Source: the human T2T-CHM13v2.0 reference genome, Homo sapiens
NCBI RefSeq assembly: GCF_009914755.1
Contig: NC_060938.1
Strand: one strand, 5' to 3'
DNA: 64,000 bases
The notes beneath the pieces were generated by a model. The model saw nothing but the letters and a program-made list of their open reading frames with translations. It was not told where the DNA came from and ran no database searches. Within the stretch, counting starts at the first letter, position 1. Every line of letters starts with the position of its first letter. Both the position numbers and the translations under genes were made by a program. Shown piece after piece: positions 16,100 to 64,000 of the stretch.

Positions 16100-16395
16100 G
16101 GCAGGTGCGGTGGCTCACGCCTCTAATTCCAGTACTTTGGGAGGCCGAGGCAGGAGGATTGCTTAAGCCCAGGAGTTTGAGACCAGCATGGGCAACGTAG
16201 CGAGTTCTTGTCTCTGCAAAAAATAAATAAAATTAGCAGAGCATGGTGGTGCGTGCTGGTAGTCCCAGCTACTTGGGAGGCTGGGGCAGGAGGATCGTGT
16301 GAACCCAGGAGTTGGAGGCTGCAGTGAGCGATGATGGCCACTGTACTCCAGCCTGGGCAGCAGAGAGATGCCCTGTCTTTAAGAGGAAAAAAGAA
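16100..16395 (+). mobile_element. Alu (J-type)
   Basis: TSD aagggaagaaacag. Confidence 0.92.
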
Positions 16396-16691
16396 AAGGG
16401 AAGAAACAGCAGTGGTGACATTGAGTATTAGCTTGGTCTTTACAAGACTGGGTATCTAAAGCCAGCCAAGTTTGCCCTGGACTCTCTAGAAACATCTTCT
16501 CGTTGTTATCGTAGAGTCAGATTTTAATCTTTTATGTCAAAGGTTTTGATTTTGTGCTTCTGAGAGTGGTGGGACTGGGGTTGTGATCACCTATAAGAGC
16601 CATTCACCAGAACCCAGTTATATAACTGGCATACGATCCGTTCAGAGATTCAATAAGGTAACCAATCATATTTAGACTTAGTATAAAAGAG

Positions 16692-17005
<314 letters not shown>

Positions 17006-17745
17006 TAGATTTAGTACAAAATAAAAATAGGTTATAAATGTATGACATGGAAACAGTAATCTTTTCTGTTTATGTCACTGATCTGTCAGTATGTGTTATA
17101 CAAGTCCAAACAGACTGAGAGAAATCTAACAGCCCATGCCTGGGCGCACAGCCATGCTGCCCCTACCGATCCTCTGTGCCCCTGAGCAGTCCTTTCTCTG
17201 GAAATGATCTTAGCTGCCGACTCAAAGGTCGTCCCACTCTGACTGTTGCTTTCCTCATCGTTGCGGATTGCAGAGGATGTTGGTGCCATTGTCACACGGG
17301 TCCTCCCTGCGTGACGCAGCCCTTGCCATTTCCAGCATTTTCAGCTGTGAATCTCTGCTGCGTCTTTCGTCATCTCATCCCTTTCTTACTCTCATTTTGA
17401 GCATTCTCCTTGGTCTTGCACCCACTGGATAGTATAAGACCTCAGAAGTCATCACTGTGCCATCAGCCTTTGTTGGTGTTGGTTGTCATTCAAAGTTTGA
17501 CAGTCAAGAGTCCAAGTAACTTTGGTGGTCAACTTGCGTGCGCACCTGTCCAAAGTGATGTTTCCTGCTGCAGTTTTGATCCAGGCTCTCTCTGAGGACC
17601 CACACAGCTTCTGCGTTTTGAGGATACGGAGGAGCTAAGTTACCATGGGAAGCGGCTACTGTTAGAATTACCTAAGACTTTATAAAATGTTGTCTGTAAA
17701 TATTTTAAATGCCCTGATTGTAATTATAGAATATGTGGATTTTAG

Positions 17746-60886
<43,141 letters not shown>

Positions 60887-63600
60887 CCTCCGGGGCGCCG
60901 CGTCGGGGCCGGGCCCGCCAGTTCTTTTCCGGATTCTGTAGAAAATACATACTTCCTGTGCCATACCAATCAGTTACACTCAAAGCTTTCTTGGACCCCG
61001 TTCCGTAGGCAATAACGTGCGTCCGCCTCAGCGCGAGATTAGGAGTTCAAACAATGGTGACTTCCCAGAGCCCGCTGGCAGAGCCGCGGGTTGACGACGG
61101 TGTCCTCGCAGTGTCGCCGCCACCCCAGCGTAGTCCAAGTCAGACTATTTCACAAAGTCAGAGCGATAGGAAAGCACCCTGCCCTTCATCTTCATGTTCT
61201 CCCAAATGGAACTTAGGATCTTTTAACATAGGTGGTTCTGTGATAACATCAGTGTTTTCCAAATCAAAGGAACGCTTTAAAAAATAGGACCTATTTTTTA
61301 AGACTTTACAGCCTTTGAAATGGTTTCCACGTGATTGTTACGCCAGCAGTTCTCGTTTTGTTTGTTTTTCAATCTCAGTGAAATGGCTCTTTGCTTTCGA
61401 GTTCTCACGCAACGTACTGGGCAAATGACAATCCTCAGCCGCTGGTATTTTCTAAGGGGTCTCTTCACTTTGATGAGTGACATGAACACCGTGTCTCCTT
61501 CTCTTGTGTGTACCTAAAGCCATATTTCCAAGTCTGTGGTACTCCAGGATTCCAGGAGTAAGCCTGTAGAAGAGATTTATTTTAAAAGAGATTGCTCTGA
61601 AATTTATCTTAAAAGAGCTTGCTCTGTCTACCTTGACAGAAATTGGAGTTTTAAAATTATGTGTTAATATTTTTATTTGCAGATTTCGTTTCCGTCAACT
61701 TAAACATTGTTGCCCTTCAACAAGGCTCTTGAATTAATAAAATTATAGTCTCTAAGAATTCCACATTTTATGGAAAGTTAGAGCAAAATCATTTTGAGTT
61801 AAGCCAGTTCTTAGCCTAATGCAAACTGCAGCGCCTTTAAGCATAAAGTAACACAACAGCATTGCACGGGGCCGGCACTGCCGCTGCCTTCACTGAAGGC
61901 TGCAGTGCTGTTCTGAGAGCTTGGAGGAGGCACCAGCGAGGATGACGTTTAGTGGAGCTCTTTCTGTTGAAAAGAGCTCACGTTATCAACACCTTGTAAG
62001 GAAAATACAGTGTCTGAGTTTTCATCGGTCTTCACATGCTGCTATATATTCCACAGAGTTCCTTGCATGTACTGAGCTTTTGTTTTAGATGGAATAGCAC
62101 AAGGAGAAAAATCTTTAAACTTAGTGCTTTGTCTATTCTTTATTTCTCTCAGGGTGGCCAGTATTTTGACTTATTTATCCTGCTTGAAAGCTACTTGAGA
62201 TGTGTACTGCTATTCTAAACACGTGATCTAGTTTCTTTCATCTCTGGCATAAGATTATATAACTTAATGTTAAGTGTCTTGAGGCATAAAAGACAAAATG
62301 TGGCTTATTTTAGGATCTGTTTTTTCATCGAGGTCTCGGGTATCCTTTCAAAGATAGTGAGAAGCAGACACTGCTCCTTGTGCAGCTCTGGTACCTCCTG
62401 CCCACTGCTGTCACTTCAAGCCACTGGCAATGCTTCTGTCCTCGTGTCTTGGAGGAAAATCACCTGGGGGGAGGGGACTTCTTGTGGTAAGAGCAAGTGC
62501 AGGTATGAAATGCGAAGATTGCCCCAGCTAAAAGTGGACAAGTCCGCTTTGTGAGATGAATACTTCCTGAGAAACTTGACAAGTATCTCTCCATTTTACC
62601 ATTATGAAAACTATCATTAAAAAAAACAGTTTAGATGCCTTCTCCTTTTGAGGGAAAAAGGGTGCTTTTTATTGTATAAAGCAGCGTCTTATGTATTTTG
62701 ATATACCATTGTTTGAACTTCCGTCTTTAGCTGATAGATTCTCAAATATCCTTGATTTTGGATGTTCAGTATGTTTGTGAGAGAGGTTTCTGGGAAGACT
62801 CTCTTTTTGCCCTCGGGAAAAAGCAAAATATCAATGTTTGGGTGACTGTGTAAAGCTCAGTGTGTAAGAACATCTTTTTGTCTAGGTTTTCTTTCTGCTC
62901 TTTATTGAAGACAAACACTCACCAAAAAGAAAAATAAAAGTTTTCAGAGAAACTAATTTTCTTTGGCAAGAGTATTACTTAATATTTTGGCCTCCTAAAG
63001 TTTCCCTAGTTAGTACTCGGACTCCTGTGCTAATTGTCAGCTTACATATCATTGTATAGAGACTGTTTATTCTGTACCAAACTGATTTCAAAAGTACTAC
63101 ATTGAAAATAAACCGGTGACTGTTTTTCTTCATAAAGTTCTGCGTTTGGCATCTTCACTCTTTCCAAAATGTATCTGTACATCAGAAATGTCACTATTCC
63201 AAGTGTCTTTTTAGTGTGGCTTTAGTATGGCTTCCTTTTAATATTGTACATACATTGTATCTTTGTTTTATGGTAATAAGTAATAAAAATGTAGACTTCA
63301 TATTTTGTACAAAATGTCCTATGTACAGAATAAAAAAGTTCATAGAAACAGCAAATATAGGTAAGTGGCACAATTATTTTTCTTTAGAAAATATCTGTAA
63401 CTTTATGCATTAGTGAAATGTTAAGTACCGACATATTTTTTAACATTTTGTAATTCAAAACTTTTTGTTTTGACATTGTTTATGAAGAGAAACTTCATAC
63501 ACTTGCCATTTAATATGCTCTTTTATCTAATTTTCAAAAACTCTAAAAAACGGTGTATCATATGGACTAAATAAAGAACATGTGAATTTTATTGCTCATC
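60887..63600 (+). other. PPP2R5C: 3'UTR of gamma2/gamma3 transcripts
   Basis: No repeats recognised, increasingly AU-rich; AATAAA at 61736, 62933, 63107, 63282, 63329, 63570; exact end inferred. Confidence 0.8.
63282..63575 (+). terminator. Distal poly(A) signal cluster
   Basis: Three AATAAA hexamers amid many TGTA motifs; GC content rises after ~63620. Confidence 0.75.
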
Positions 63601-64000
63601 ATGAAACTAAATTTAGCCATGGTGTTGAGCAAGCTGGCTCTGACGTTATCGGGTTCCCGTTAGGTCAGGGCCGCCCACACACAGGGACGCTGACTGCAGA
63701 GGGGCTGGCCATCTCCATCCAGCCCGCCTGGAGCGCTGGCTGCGCCAGATGCTAGCCACAGCTGTTCAAAGCTAAGTCTATCCACTGATTTTTTTACTTA
63801 CTTAGTGGAAAAGGCAGTGTGACTTTTTATAGACCGCCTCTTGGTTTGGTTTGGGTTTTGGGGCTTTTTTTGAGTAAGAAAAGGTGAATCAATACAATTT
63901 ATAGAAATGAAAGTCTTGAAAATAGGGAATTGCTGAAAGTATGAATTTAGGATCCTAGTTCGCCCACCTCCTCCTCAGTGGAGAGATCATTATCCTCGCT

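Noticed and set aside
61941-61987. SECIS element
   Set aside because: ATGA is paired in the stem, there is no GA quartet or AA apical loop, and the main CDS ends in TAG with no in-frame TGA

Overview
Primate DNA, very probably human, holding the 3' part of PPP2R5C (PP2A regulatory subunit B56-gamma) on the + strand. I traced 12 coding exons (17746-60886) with GT-AG borders and consistent phases. Spliced, they give 426 aa running FAVNMFRT...ELASQDGR*, which matches residues 99-524 of B56gamma3 as I recall them; the first exons lie upstream of the window. All three known C-terminal isoforms are visible: gamma1 (read-through VLKKRIT* plus intronic AATAAA), gamma2 (skips the 117-nt exon) and gamma3. 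A ~2.7 kb 3'UTR with several poly(A) signals follows. Introns hold ~45 Alus, old L1M/L2/MIR/CR1 fragments, four LTRs and three minisatellites; almost all long ORFs in the track are Alu/L1 artefacts. I see no new gene system. The most unusual structures are: a 145-bp ungapped, 88%-identical non-Alu inverted repeat enclosing two minisatellites, a CR1 relic and an inverted Alu pair; a ~70-bp locally templated insertion with a 9-bp duplication; a ~26-bp L1PA insertion with a 13-bp TSD; an Alu-associated deletion in an MLT2A LTR; and a 3-left/2-right chimeric Alu nest. Repeat subfamilies and borders were read by eye (about +/-20 bp); exon numbers are inferred from recalled gene structure.
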